Positions 23,213 to 37,784 of a stretch of 64,000 nt of DNA are shown piece after piece. The DNA is taken from positions 372,001-436,000 of the forward strand of contig NW_019028998.1 in assembly GCF_002105155.1 (NCBI RefSeq), written 5' to 3'. Made by a program: the position numbers and the translations under genes. How positions within the stretch are numbered: position 1 is the first letter of the stretch; each line of letters starts with the position of its first letter. Source of the stretch: Lobosporangium transversale. Its lineage: Eukaryota. The notes under the pieces were generated by a model. The model was not told the DNA's origin. It saw only the letters and a program-made list of their open reading frames with translations, and ran no database searches.

Positions 23213-26200
23213 CGCGATTCACCATGCGATTGTGTTATTTAATGCTCTTTTGTCCCATATTAAAATAATGACCCATCTATTTGCAGATCAATGTCGATTC
23301 TATCCAATCTACACATGATAATGATTTGACGTCAGCAGGCCATGCTGCTCAGGAAGCACACGATCCTTTCGCTCCTCAGCAGTACCAATCTCAGACCAAT
23401 GTCGCCACTATCTCATTAAAACAGCCCCCTAAATGGCTCCGTCGCCCTGTTGGTGCCTCGTTTGGATTTGGAGGGAAGCTTGCCATCTTTAGGAATAAAC
23501 CTGTACCTCCCATGAACCTTCCTCCTGGTGCTGTTGTTCCAGTGGGCGTGCCAACAACTATTTCATCTGTTACTCTGGCTAATGTAGTGACAGAACCTGA
23601 GCTTGTCCAGCGCGCTGCAGATCTTGAATACGCTTTGGAAACAAAGACTCTAGATAAGTTTTGTGAAAATCGCAGTCAAGTTAATGGATCTACAGCAGAG
23701 TATTGGACTATTTTACGCGCATTATTTGAGCCTAATCCTCGTGAGCAGCTAGTCCATCACCTTGGTTTTGATAAGCAGGAAATGGTGGATCAAGTCGCAG
23801 CACTCACCCGCCAGATGAGCATCAACGGTAACCCCTCGGTTACATCGCCTCGTCCTGATGGTGCTCTCGATCAAGGCGGTCTTCAAAATCATCGTGGCTC
23901 TAACTCTGAAATGAGTGCATTGTTTTCAGGGGCAAATGCAGACCAACAACAGCTTGGTGAAGATGCTTTTGTTAACTATCCTAGTGTGCCTGCTAGCAAT
24001 GAGTTTAAGATCAAACCAGCAAATCCCTTCCATATCTATCCTGCCACTGACACAGATATCGATAAAAAGATCACTCGTTGTATCATTGCTGGAGACTTTG
24101 ACTCTGCTGTCAATGTCTGTCTTCATGATGGTCGTCTCTCAGATGCCCTTGTCTTGGCCATTTGCGGTGGCCCCGAACTGTTAGAACGTACTCAGAAAGC
24201 CTATTTTGAGCGCCGTGCTGCCTCGACCCCATATATCCGTCTTTTGCAAAGCGTTGTCACAGGTGACTTGGAGGATGTAGTGCGCAATGCTGATCTGGTG
24301 GACTGGCAGGAAATTGTTGTCATTCTCTGCACATTTGCCCGCCCAGATGAGTTTGGAAAACTGTGCGAATCACTCGGAAACAGACTAGAGGAACAATGGA
24401 TTAGCAAAGTTCAAGCTGGAGAACAGGCGGACCAACTCCGTTGCAACACTGTTCTTTGTTACTTGGCGGCCGGAAATCTGGAGCGTGTTGTTGCCATCTG
24501 GATTAGAGAACAAGAGGAGGAAATCGCACTCAACGCCTACGACCCATCGACATCGGAGTATGAACGGAATGCTCGCTCACTGCAAGCATTCATTGAAAAG
24601 GTCACTGTCTTCCGCAAGGCTATTGGCTATGTGGATGTTGCTATTGCTGGAAATCCTAACGAAGATCAACCTGAGGAGCAGGATAGCCGCCACAAGCTCG
24701 CTGCTCTTTATGACAAATATACTGAATATGCTGAAGTCATGGCTGCACAAGGTCGCTTGGCGACTGCCCTCGAGTACTTGACTCTGACACCTGTGGATTA
24801 CCAGAACAAGGATACGCTGGCCGTGATGCGCGACCGTCTGTATCATTCTGGAGTAGATGTTAGCAAAGTCCCTGCTCCTGAGTTCCCTTTCGAGCCTGTA
24901 TATGTGATGGCTGAAGGCGAATATCAGCAGCAGCAACAATACAACCAGGAGCAGCAATATGGTCAACGATACAGCCAGCAGCCACAGCACCAGCCACAGC
25001 ATCAGCACCAGGCATACCAGAACCCATACCAACCGCAGCATCAACAAAACACATACCAACCTAGCCAATATCAACCTCACCAACATCAACAAGCCAACAA
25101 TTATGGTGGTATCCAGAACCAGAACACTTATGGTGCGCCCAATGCCTCGCCTTTTGATGGTGCTGGCTATAATACACAAGGTTATCAACAGCAGCAGTCC
25201 GCTCTCCCCCCGCCACCAACCCAGTTCACCGTTCCACCACCTCCACAGCAGAACGAACAACGCCCTTCTCAGCCCGCTGCCGTGAACAACCCCTACGCTC
25301 CTCCAGCTCCTACTTATGGTGGATACACACAGCCTGCACCGCCACCAACATTCAATCAACCTGGCTTTCCTGGACAAAATGATGCAGGGCTTCAGCCCCC
25401 ATATGGCGGAGCTTACAACCAGCAGGCTGCACCAGTGGAGAGAGCTCGCTCAGCTGAACTCCCACCATCACAGCGTAAGGATACAGGTAACTGGAATGAT
25501 CCTCCAGCGTTGCCTTTGGCCAACGCTGCTAAGCGTCAAAATGCAGCTGCGGGCTTGAACAAGGCTCAGTTCAATTCGCCTTTCCCTGGTAGTCCTGTGG
25601 CTGGTAGTGCTCTTGTAGGAGGCACTCCTCCTCCGCAAAATGCGTATAGCCAACCTCCTCAAGCATCAACTATCCCTCCTCCACCAATGGCCGGTACTCG
25701 TCCTCCTCCAGCAGCATCCTCGCCCTATTCGCCTATCCCAGCAGCTTCACATTTGCCGCCTCCACCCACGAATGCTGCAGGCGCAATGTCCCCACGCAAT
25801 GCAAACCAACGGGCACAACCTTCGCCATACCAAAATTTCGGCGGTGGCCAGAGCAATTTGATGGGCGGAGTCAGCGTTCCGCCTCCTAGTAATGCCTACG
25901 GTCAACCTCCGCAACAGCAACAGCAACAGCAACAGCCTTATCAGCAGACCTATCAGCCACAGCAATACCAGGGATATGGCCAATCCTTGCCTAACCCCAA
26001 TCCATATGCTGCACAACAAGGACCTATGGGAGGGATGACCAGTGGCATGCCCCAGGTCCTTCAGCAGCGACCCGTAACACCTGCTGCGCCTCCAACGCCA
26101 CCAAAGCCTGTCAAGTCAAGACATCGTAGGTTTTGAGGAACAACGTGAAATAGACAGAAGACAGTGATGAAAATGATAAGCAAGAATGATGGTGACTAAC

Positions 26201-26677
26201 TTTTTTGGCAATTTTTGAACAAATTGGTATGGATAATTAGCCGCAGGAGATAGAACACATATTCCTACAGGACAAAAACCCATCTACACTGTTTTGTCCA
26301 ACGAGCTTGCCCTTGCACGTCAGTACGCACCGGTATGTTAAATGTGTCTTTATCGTGTTCATATTTTTTTTTTCTGTCTATAAAAAACTATATTGACGGT
26401 TTCTCTTTTGTTTTGCGAGATTCAGCCTAGTGCAAAGCGACCTTTGGATGACGCGGAGAAGAAGCTGAACGTGTTGTTTGACATGCTGAACAATGAAGAG
26501 GTATCTGGACCGGTAGTGGAACAGATGCTATTGCTGGCACAGGCTCTACAGAGCAAGAACTACAATTCTGCGTATCAGATCCACTTGGAGCTTCACTCGA
26601 CACGCACCGACGAAGTGTCAAGTTGGATGACAGGAGTCAAGCGTTTGATTGTAGACAATGCAAAGATCCAACAATAA
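21586..26677 (+). CDS. SEC31: COPII outer coat protein Sec31
   Basis: N-terminal WD40 exons (RTSTFAWSP...[31 protein letters not shown]), [24 protein letters not shown]1 helical region, Pro/Gln-rich linker, C-terminal [15 protein letters not shown]...WMTGVKRLI. Confidence 0.96.
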
Positions 26678-26844
26678 GAGATTAAAAGGGTAGCAGCTAG
26701 CAGTTAGCGGATGGTTATTGTCAAGCGAATATCTTTATCACCTCTCACAGTTTAATGCAGCAAAACAAAAAATAAATAAATGACCAAAGAAAATAGTAAT
26801 AAAAAATAAATGGAATAGACATTCTACAATGCATTCGGAAAATC

Positions 26845-26883
<39 letters not shown>

Positions 26884-27161
26884 CAATTGCCATGTTAATC
26901 CTCATATCCTCATTTCTGTCTATACCAGCCTCTCTTTTGATCAATTTCACCTTGAAAGACAGCCTGAAAAGGGGCAAAGATGTAAATGATGAGGCTTGGG
27001 GCATGGATTATAAAATGAGAACAGTGCTCTTCTCTTGCCGAAACAATTGCCTTTGCAGCTGTCAATGAAGGAGAACTTTTGAAGGAGCCGAGAAACAGCC
27101 AAATGGCCCCAGTTGTTTATGCACAACCTCACAGCTAACGAAAAGTAGTTCAAACAAAAGA

Positions 27162-27192
<31 letters not shown>

Positions 27193-27346
27193 GATATAAA
27201 ACGCGCTGAGTGTCGAAGCTCTGGAAACATATACACTCATTCCTGTAATAGTCTCTGAATCCCCTCTACCCTCTTTAACCTCCTCGTTCAGCACGTTTAG
27301 TAGGCCCTTTCTATCATTTTCGACATTCGAAAATAAGAAAAACGAA

Positions 27347-27772
27347 ATGATCAAGCTACTGACCTTGGTACTTGTCGCCGCTCAGACATTTACCATTGTG
27401 GGCATTGCTAATGCCACTCACTACATTGCGTTTGCAAGGGGATGGAGCAATGGGTTCACTCAAAAAGTCGGGGTTTGCATCCGAGGCAGAGAAGGACTCA
27501 TTATGCAAGACTATGACACTTTCTGGGTGGGCGTCAAAAACTATGGGTTCCACAAAGACGGATATTCGGCCCTTGTGGGTGCCAAAGACAGACAAGTGAG
27601 GATTCCAGGCTGGGGTGTTTACCAGCTTCAGTCTGCCAGTTCCACACATGATTATTGGCTTGGTTGCTGGAATACCAGTCCAAACAAATGTTCAGAGTTC
27701 TATTCGAGTGCCAAGGAAGAATGCGAAAACTTTTTCAAAAAAAAAATCGATCAAAGCATTGGGAATAACTGA
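27347..27772 (+). CDS. Small secreted protein of unknown function (141 aa, 4 Cys)
   Basis: Intronless ORF with signal-peptide-like N-terminus (MIKLLTLVLVAAQTFTIVGIANA) and an aromatic/Gly-rich mature region. Confidence 0.7.
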   Translation: MIKLLTLVLVAAQTFTIVGIANATHYIAFARGWSNGFTQKVGVCIRGREGLIMQDYDTFWVGVKNYGFHKDGYSALVGAKDRQVRIPGWGVYQLQSASSTHDYWLGCWNTSPNKCSEFYSSAKEECENFFKKKIDQSIGNN

Positions 27773-27811
27773 TTGCATCACCATCCAACCCATCCTCTTC
27801 CCCTCGATCTT

Positions 27812-27890
27812 TATTATAATTATAATAATTATAATTATTACTATTATTACGACTATTATTACGACTATTATTACGACTATTATTATTATA
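27812..27890 (+). repeat. TAT/TAA trinucleotide microsatellite with (TACGACTATTAT)3
   Basis: Read directly, just downstream of the secreted-protein stop codon. Confidence 0.85.
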
Positions 27891-28256
27891 TCATTTTACT
27901 GTTATTATTTTCGATACACATTATGATTCCTTCCCTTGAATGGCTGGTACAGGAAGTCTCCAGCTTAATATATTTTGAGACACCACAATAAACCGCAAAG
28001 CTTGACTTACTATTAGACGCTCTCAAACACTGTCCTGTCTACACTGTTTACTCTTCAAGAAATAGAAATAGAGAAAAAGAGGGTAAGAGGCTGTGCTTCG
28101 GGGTCTGTGCCCATGCCTCCTTTTTTTTATTCGCCCTCGAAACACTCGGCCATTGTTTCGGATACATGGCCAGAAAAGGATTGGATGTTGTACGCTATCA
28201 ATGACTACTATTTTTTTTTTTTTTGTTATCGTTTGCTTATTTGCTATATACATTTT

Positions 28257-30394
28257 TCATTCGCGCTCTGCTACCCAGAGTCCGACAAGTGACCAACCAA
28301 GGATGCAAGGAATGCCGAAAATGCAGTAGCTCCAGAAGAGGACTGAAGCCATCTCCATCTCAAAAAAGCCCTTGATCTGACACATTTGAATGGTATTGAT
28401 CGCTGTTGGTGCTGCCACCAACAAGACCAAGGCCAAGGAGAACGTTGGGTCCATTGTTAATATAGGAGACAGATGGTCAGGATGAAAGATTACGGCCGGT
28501 AAGCATAGTACTGGGACCACTATCATCCTTGCAAACAGGACAAACGGGATGGGCTTGATCCATGGAATGCGGTAGTTAGAGGCGCCGGATGCCTTGATGG
28601 CAACGGTATCTTGAAAACGAGGTGAGGGAGAAGACTGGGTTGGAGAGGACTTGAGAAGAGGCAATGCTTCATCTGCATCTTCATTATCCGAGTCATCTGA
28701 AATAGCTGTAGAGCGGAAGCTCGGACGACCTTGGTCAGAGGGCTGATGAAAATGAAGGAGGGTGGCTGAAGAAGAGGCGTTGGACTGTGCAGTGGCAATA
28801 CCATTGCCATAAGGGGCTTGCTTGGAAGTAGGAGTGGTGTTGTAGGTTTTATGAACAGAGAGCAATGCAGGATTGCGCTCTTCGTCGCTGGACGAGTCGT
28901 CCTGGCTGGTCGAGGCGTAAATACCTAAACCAGTCTGTGGGGGTGGGGAAGATCCTTGAGGTGCTTTACCTCGAGACTTTGACTGTTTGGGAGCAACAGC
29001 TTCAGAAGAAGAGAGGATGTTGGTGGTGATATTGTCGTTGGATGAGGATGAGGAAGAGGATGGGGAGGGGGAAGGGGAGGAAGAAGAGGATGCAAAGTGA
29101 ACGACCTGTGCGCCGAGACATAACAGGATCATTGGGATAGCCGCGTCACCACAGCTTTCAATTGGACGAATCAGAAATCTGTAGACAACCGACTGTGGAC
29201 TCATGAACAGGTGATGAAGTGCCGGAACGAGGCCAATGAAAAGAGCTATCAGAGCAGTCGTCAATGGTGGTGTAAGGACCTGGCGAAGCCTTTCATTTAC
29301 TGTTGAGGTTGCACGCATGAGAACAGATTTAGTAGCGCTTTTGACCGAGAGAGCAGGCGAAGGCGCAGACGAGTTCGCGTACGTGGGATGCAGATAAGAT
29401 GTATTGATGGGAGCAGGTTTAAAAGTTTGGAGTGTAGGTGTGGCTGCAGGATCGTCTGGCCCAGCACCATTATAGGATGGATGTAATGTTGAGGCTGTGG
29501 CATCAGTGCGTCTAGATGTCGACGGATCGACATTGATTACAACAGATGGCGGTAACTGCTCATTATAGTCTGTTTCTTCTTCCTTTGTCTTGTCCCTGGG
29601 CACTAACAAGGAGAAACCATAGGACCATCGCACTAAATTTCCAAAGATGGCATAGAAAAGAATGTATGAAATTCCCCTGGAGTTGCAGGCATGGATCGGT
29701 TAAATTAGTAAAATCACTTTCTTTAAGCGAGTCGTACACAACAAAATAATTGAGCGCAAGAGCTCGAATACGCCCTATTTAAAAGAAATATGATATACAT
29801 ACCTTGCAGCGACATCTGCTTTGGTATCGTTCTCATCTCTGAGCAGGTGCTCTCCTGCAGCACTAAAAGCCAAGGACTGCATCAAGGCCATGGGTAGTGA
29901 ATTTGTATTAGAGAATAGCACGGAGGCAATTACAAATTTCTCCTCATCTTTTGAGAAACCCAGAAGGCGCGATCCAATTTTAGCGACGAGCCATGAGATA
30001 GAAGAGAAGAGGCAATAGAAAACAGGAATGGGCCAATATGCTTTAAATTGCGTCCAACTGATAGTAGACGCTATTTTTGTGAACATTAGACAAGGAGTCA
30101 TGAAATACAAGTTCACTTTTGATATTGCCTGGTAAATGTACAGCATTCATGAATAAAAATTGCAAATATATATATAAAAAAAATAAAAAAAATAAAAAAA
30201 TTTTAGTTCCATCTGATAAGATCAAAGCAGGGGTACGCCATAGAACACAGCGAGCGGGATCACAAAGTATCGGAGAGCGAACAATGTTGAATGCAATGTT
30301 GCATACCTTTTGAGCTGGCTGTGAAAGATAACCATTCCGCGAAAGGATCACACCACACGCCACTACGATGAGGACTTGACTGACAGCCTTTAAC

Positions 30395-30432
<38 letters not shown>

Positions 30433-30690
30433 TGGTAATAATGGTAATAATGATAAATGGCATTGTTAATATTTTTCCGCAATGAGAGTTGAGAGTAAAG
30501 ATCACTTTTATCATTAATATTACGTGTTTGTCATTAAATGAACAAAGCACAGACAATTTTTTTCTTGCAGAGAAATGATGTATTGACATCATTTGCTTGC
30601 AGCCAGTCCATGCACAAGTACAATACATAGCTCATAAGTCAAAACAAAACTTACCTCACCCGCAGCTGTGGTGAGTACAATCCAATCCAT
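28257..30690 (-). CDS. Auxin efflux carrier-family (PILS/ECM3-like) membrane transporter, 4 exons
   Basis: MDWIVLTTAAGE|AVSQVLIVVACGVIL|AISKVNLYFMTPCLMFTKI...FSNTNSLPMAL|...LTPPLTTALIALFIGLVPAL...GDAAIPMILLCLGA...APTAIN. Confidence 0.88.
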
Positions 30691-31385
30691 GTTATTTTAA
30701 TATATTTATAAGCAGGTAATGTGAAGTGAACTGAAAAAGGAGGGGGAGAGAAAAAGAGGAGATAATAACCAACCCAGCACAAGAGTAAGAGAGAGAGAGA
30801 GAGAGAGAGAGAGAAATGGAACTGAAGGGGAGGAAAAGGAATTTAAGTTTTTTCTTATTTCAACTGGTTACTGTCGAATAAAAAAAGTAAAGACAAAAAA
30901 TCAGATTCAATTCAGTCCAGTCCAGTATGGATGATGAATACGATAGAGGCGATAGTATTCTTGCTTATGTAGAAAAAAGAAAAAAAAGAAAGAAACAATT
31001 ACAGAGAAGAAAAAGAAAAGAGAATGGAGAATGAAGAAATGAATGAAGAAATGAATATTTCGAAGCAATAAAATTTTTTTAACTAGTGTTCAGATCCAAC
31101 TCATTTTTATACTTTATTTTCTTCTAAATTCTAATTACAGAAACTGCGTGCATGAACAAAGTTGCCTTTCCTCTGCCCCTGCTCTGGTCTGGTTCACTGC
31201 TTAAGTAGAGACATCCATCCCATCGTTTGACACGGTATGCAAGCCTATCTTGCCAACCCCTATCCCTTTTGGACAAGGCATCCCTTTCCCCACATCCTCC
31301 ATGACTATTTTGGAAAAAAAAATGTCACCAACCTTGGTCTACTCATCCCCAGGCCTCTATCGAAATTATGCAGGGTTAAAAGTGT

Positions 31386-31421
<36 letters not shown>

Positions 31422-32030
31422 GAGGACAAAAGTGTTCCGAAGGAGGGGTGGGAGTGAAAGGGTATTTGTATTGAATGTCCTCCAGGAGAGAAACACAGGT
31501 ATGGTTGATGCATATGGAGTAAATAGATGGAGGAAGAAGGGAGGTACGGGAGGAAGGGTCTACTTTTCAACATCGACATGAACATGAAAGTAAGATATGG
31601 TCAAAGAAGCATTTCAAAGAGCAAAGACGATCCTAATAGCCATTATGAATATCCTACGGACAAATGCATTTTCTGTGGATCTTCGCTTTGAGTGGTATCC
31701 AATAGATGTCCAGGCCAATGAATGACATGTTCCACTTGAGAGACAGACACCAAGGACCAAGCCAAACAAATATGCACTATGATTTGTTAATATAGAGTAT
31801 GAAATGTCAAACGTGTTGATCGATGTGGGAGAACGTGTGCGTGCAGACATAATGATTGGCTGGTGTTTTTTCTTTTGCTTGTGGGATGATAACATTGTTT
31901 TTCTCATTGACAGTCGACACTTTTAACTCTTACATGTCAAAAAATATGTCACTCTTTTTTTTTTTTTTTTTTTTTTTATTCACCTGCTCTCTTATTGCCT
32001 CTGTCTCTGTCTCTGCCCAGATAAGGCTTA

Positions 32031-32062
<32 letters not shown>

Positions 32063-33045
32063 CATTGCTTCTAGCGGCTCCAGTCTCGCTATTCTCTTTT
32101 ACGGCTTTTTTCTTTTTTTTCTTTTTTCCCTAATTCCGGAAGTCTGTAAGAAGTTATGGAATAGAACGATAAGAACATGACCAAGGAAGAAAAACTTAAG
32201 AAAAGGCTACTAGGAAGGCTAGGAATCTTCTGCGCTGACCAAAATTAAAGATCAAAGGCAGTAATCGAAGTAATTTTCTAGACACTTTCTTGAAACTCTA
32301 ACCGCCGTTACAACTGAAAAACGTTGCCACTTTTCTTAAACATCTAGTCTATTTTTTCCTCCCTTTGCTTCAAGTTTACACTGTGGAATGGGATTAAAGA
32401 AAATTGTATTGCAGGTTATTCAAGATTTTCAGATACACCCGAAATACAGAACACGGCATGATAAACAACGCGACTTGTGTAGCCCTACATAAGCATAGCA
32501 TTGCAATATTTACTATGATTTAAAAAAAATAAAATAAAATAAAATAAAATAAAATATACAATTTATATTACATGTATCGCCTATTTCGCTGTATTGCAAG
32601 AGTCCATGGACAAAGTGGACAGTGTCCATATGCTTTTCAAGTCATGCTGTAATAGGTGCTGTATACAAAAAATCTTTGTTTTGATTCATTTTCGTATGCA
32701 TGGATATTTACAAGGCTGCTTTGTTTTTGTTTTTTGTCGTGTGGACAAAAAAATACTTTTTCAGACCATTGACCATTGAGAAAACATTTTTCTATCTTTT
32801 GTCCGTGGACACCTTCTTTTTAGAGAAGGATTGGATTTAATATGCAAGACATTAGTAGTCACGTAAACGTTATTTCCATGCGGAATCGTAAACAAAAACC
32901 TACCTGTCCTTCCACCAACCTTCACATTCACATTCGCACAAGCCTGAAAGAACAAGTTAGGGACTAAAAAAAAAAACCAACACATCAGCATCGTCTTTGA
33001 ACAAATACCGTCAACTTTACTCAAAACAGGCAGTTCATTACAGCC

Positions 33046-33828
33046 ATGCTTAGGACGTTCACTAGTCGCGTGTCCGGCTTTGCCTCACATACTAATCTAG
33101 GTAAAACAAAATAAGACGAAAGCAAAAAAAAAAAAAATAGATGTTCATATACTGATATCCTTACCTTTTCTTCTTCTTCTTTCGATCTTAGCCATTACTG
33201 CCTCAACCTCTCGTTTCTTTTCGGTTCTTACTCCTACTCCACAAGGTACTTCAAAAAAAAAAAAAAAAAAAAAAATACACAAACGAGGCAAGGCATACTG
33301 TGCACATAAGAGTTTAAAAAATAATTAATTGCTTCTTTTATACTTTATATTTATTTTTCCTGAATAGCCGCGTCCACCACAGTAGCATCACCTTCATCAT
33401 CAACAACACCAGTAACAGGAGTAGCATCATCGGGACCAGGAGCAGGGGCAGGACCAGGACCAGAACCTTCTATCAACTTGCTCCGCAACCAACTCCGTTA
33501 CTACGCTGTGGCAGAAATTAAGAACCGTCCTTACTTGATCACCAAGAACGATATCATTGTTCTGGACCGTCTCAAGGACGTTTCTTTAGGCGATGTCATT
33601 GAATTGAACCAGATCAAGGAGCTTGGCTCTAAGGACTATGCTATCAAGGGTCAACCTTATGTCTCTCCTGAATACTACTCCATCAAGGCCACTGTCATTG
33701 AGCAGCCCAAGGGCAAAATGGTTGAAACTTTCAAGAAAAAGAGGAGAAAGCACTTCCAGAGACGTTATCATATTAAACCATTACACACTCTCTTGCGTGT
33801 TAGTGAGCTGGAGGTCAAGGCTCAGTAA
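33046..33828 (+). CDS. Mitochondrial ribosomal protein bL21m (yeast Mrpl49-like), 3 exons
   Basis: Mitochondrial-targeting-like N-terminus MLRTFTSRVSGF; L21 domain YAVAEIKNRPYLITKND...GSKDYAIKGQP...FKKKRRKHF...TLLRVSEL. Confidence 0.9.
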
Positions 33829-34006
33829 AAAAAGAAAAAAAAAATTGCAAAAAATAAAATAAAAGCATGGCGGTATTACAAAAGCAGCTTCTTTTTTGCT
33901 CGTTCAGAGATCAGACAAAGAACGATGGGAGAGATGTAATAAAACATTTATGTAACATTCCTATCAAAAATACAGCTATGTTACTCGGTTCTGTAACATC
34001 TTCTGA

Positions 34007-34044
<38 letters not shown>

Positions 34045-34075
34045 TCAGCCGATTTAATCTTTAATAATAATTCTT

Positions 34076-37000
34076 CTATGGATTAAGAACGTCCACATAT
34101 TTAGCACGTGCTCCTCTCCGTACAGTTCCGGCTCCAGGTCTGGCTTGTGGAGGTCCAGGCACGGGCGGACCGCCTCCAGATGTGGGGGGTCCGGCAGGAG
34201 GTCCACCGGCCCCTGCAACGCCAGGCGACGTAGGTGCAGCAACTGGTCCTGGACGAGCCTTGGGAGGAGGAGCCAATGACTGTGCGCTATTCTGGCTCTC
34301 AGGCCCTGCTTTCTTGTTGACCCATTTTTTCAATTCCTTGTCGAAATAGAATGAAGACTCCTCACCCAGGTTAGCTTGCACTGGCTTTGGGGTCGATTCG
34401 CGCCTCTCGCCGCTAAAAAGACTGATTTTTGGCCACCATCCAGCACCGCTCGCTATATCACCAGAAAAAAACATATAGATATACATTTACTTTTGGTGTT
34501 GACAATAAATAAACTACAGAGATGTGACAAAAATCAAGAGTTACCTTCTTCCGAAGCTTGCATATTCTGGTTGTTGGAGCTATCGGCTTGTTGCCCACCA
34601 GCAGAGTCACTAGTGTCCTCGGTAGCTGAGGTGCCAGCTGCAGTGGCCGTTTTCTCCTTTTTGAGTGAAGAGTTGCCCATGCCAAGATCCTCCATATCAT
34701 CATCACCTTGTTGACCATGATCTTGTTGAGTTGAAGCCACAGTTGGGTCGCTAGGCTGTTGAGTGCCTGAAGTTGGGAATGTTGGTACAGCACCAAATGA
34801 AATGAACTGTCCTTCTTCGTAATCTTCTTCTTGGAGCTCTTGCACACCTTCCGCAACCGCAGGTGCTGCAGGCTCAACAGTCCCTTGATCTTCCTCGCTT
34901 GATACAGGCAAGACTCCGGGCTCTGTCGATGGTTGAGCATGCTGTTGCTGGTGATAGTCGCCTGATTGGTATCTATCATGTTGATGATCTTGCTGGTATT
35001 CACCTTGGTGGTAGTTCTCTTGCTGATATTCGCTCTGCTGATTACCTTCCTGTTGATATTCTCCCTGCTGGTAATCACCTTGTTGGTAGTCACCTTGTTG
35101 GTAGTCACTTTGTTGGAAATCGCCTTGTTGATAGTCACCTTGCTGGTAATCACCTTGCTGGTAGTCACCTTGCTGGTAGTCACCTTGTTGGTAATCACCC
35201 TGCTGGTATTCAGCATGTTGGTAATCACCTTGTTGGTACCCTTGCTGGTAATCGCTTTGTTGGTAACCATCTTGTTGTTGTTCTCCTTGTTGATAATCGC
35301 CCTGCTGGTAATCGCCCTGCTGATAATCGCCCTGCTGGTAATCGCCTTGTTGGTAATCGCCTTGTTGGTAATCGCCTTGTTGGTAATCAGCCTGCTGGTA
35401 ATCATCTTGTTGATAATCGGTCTGCTGATAATCAGCCTGCTGGTGATCCTCCGGTTGGTAATCTCCTTGCTGGTAGTCCCCTTGCTGGTATCCATCTTGA
35501 CCATAACCTTGATGCTCATAGCCATCCTGTTGTTGATGCTGATCATAAGATACATCAGCATTGGTTGATTCCCCTTTATGCTGGTTTGCATGACTGTCAT
35601 GTTCGGGTTTGGCTTCACTGATATTTGCATCATTATGTTGGTATGACTCAGTTTGTTGCTCTAATGTCGGTATGTCCGCGAGCTTTTCTGGAAGAGTCTC
35701 GTACTGTTGTTGCTTCTGGTATAACGCTTCATTGTTTCCATAACTATCGGTTTGCTGGGGACCAGATTCGTTGTATTGGGCTCCTAAACTACCCTCTGCA
35801 GCCACATCCCCAGCTTCATCTATCTGCTGATACCCTTGGGCCTGGTCATAATATTGGCCAGATGTTTCATATTCGATAGCGGCTTCAGAATACTGCTGTT
35901 GATCTTGATATCCATTATTGCCTTCATCAAAAACCAAAGGTTCCTGTTGACCATACTCATAGCCTGCGGTATCGGGATACTGGGTTTGGTCATTATTATA
36001 GCCAGAGTCCTGATGCTCATGACCAGCTGCGGCTCCGTTATTATAATCAATAGGTGAGCGCTTTTCAGACCCTGCAACAGCTCGCGTCGAAAGAACTGAT
36101 TCAGCAACAGCAGATGCACTATCATCAAGGCGTTCAGAAGCAGTGGTCGAAGTGTCGTATTGAGGGTAGCTTTGGTTGCCATCTGCGCCATAGTAATTCT
36201 GGTTCTGTATCTGCTCATCTCCAACGTTGACAGCACCTTGACCTTGCTGTTCCTGCCCATGCTTTTCCGTTACGGAAGTATCATATGCTTGAGTATTATA
36301 AACTTGACCTTGTGCATCATATCCATATCCGGCCTGAGTATCTGTGAAAGAATCATTGCCATAGTAATCTGGATGGCCTTGAGCGTCTTCAATCTGTACA
36401 GCGTCAGTTTGCTGTGTCGGTATCTGCTCGGTAGGGTCAGTTGTGACATGTTCATCACTGGAAGCGGCATGCACTGCAGTCTCTCCAACTGTCGAATCAA
36501 AAATACTAGCTGTAGAAGGCTTAGGAACCTTCTTGGCTATCCAAGATCTACGTGAAGTAACATGGTGTTAAAGAGCAAACTCATTGATTGTAGTGGATTG
36601 AATGGCCATGGTTCATTCATTGGAGGCTTACCCAGCATGAGGAATGTGCACGCTTCCTGCGACACGCTCTGTAAGATCTTTCAGCTGAGCCAAAAATGTT
36701 GAGTTGTAGTAAGGAGAACCCTTAGTTTGTGACTTTACAATCGTCTCAATGGACTCAAGATATCTAGATTCCAAATCCAAATATATACAGGTCAGAGATC
36801 AGGAATCGACCCAAAGACGCAATTTTTATGAATAAAATACTAACCTTGCAGCTTCAAGTACCATTCCTCGGTCCAAAAGATGGGATATGTAGAGCAGCTT
36901 ATACGGCTGCAAGAACGGTAATCCCCCAGTCGCACCTGCACTCTTCAAAGCACAGCCAAACTCATAAATTTCCGTCTTCTGGAATGACTCGAAATTTTTG

Positions 37001-37723
37001 TAGTAGGGGTACGCAGCATGGGGACTATGATCCGATCCAAGAAGGACCATGCTAATGTTAGCAGCATCTGGACCTGAATGAGTGGAAACCTGGGGTGAAA
37101 GCAAGTAACAGATGTGGGCCGCCTCTATCCATCCTTCCTTCCGGAGCAGATTGCCCAAGGCATTGATGGTAGCTTGGTCGCCTTCGATACGATTTGACAA
37201 TATCAAAATCAAAGTGTCACGCCACTGAGCCAGACTTTCATTAGGCACATTAATGGGCGTAGACGGCCCATGAATCTCTGTCAAATACTGTGATCGAAGA
37301 TTTTCAGGAATCAACTCGGTGATGGCACGGTCTGACTGGTGCGAGAACAGGCTGTAGAGAACACGCAAAGATTCTCGTCCATTGGCATGTAGTCCTGTGC
37401 TAGTAGAAAGCTCGTATTTCAAAAACCCATTCACGGCCTCTTTCCACAAGTCTCGATCACCATGGCTGCTGATGACCAGCGCGTGCCCCCACAGTTTAGT
37501 GCTGATGGCATGGCGAACAGCTCCTACAAGGTCCCCTTCACGAAGAATTTCCTGAAGGGTATCGACCGCGGCTGAGATATCATCTGCGTCATTCTTTTGC
37601 AATGTTGGAGCTACAATTTTAGCCAAAGGAATCGAACGCAAGACGCTCTTAACAGCTTGATCGACCTTGGCACTACATTACAATAAATCGCAAATGTCAT
37701 TGTCACTTAGTTAGTATGTAGAC

Positions 37724-37784
<61 letters not shown>

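Noticed and set aside
30211..30219. Single ATCTGATAA site in an intron of the auxin-carrier gene
   Set aside because: An isolated 9-mer is expected by chance.
34458..35633. Long overlapping ORFs (391, 252 and 200 aa, including an extremely hydrophobic L/V/I one)
   Set aside because: These are alternative-frame and antisense shadows of the stop-free 15-bp QQGDY repeat in SEC16.
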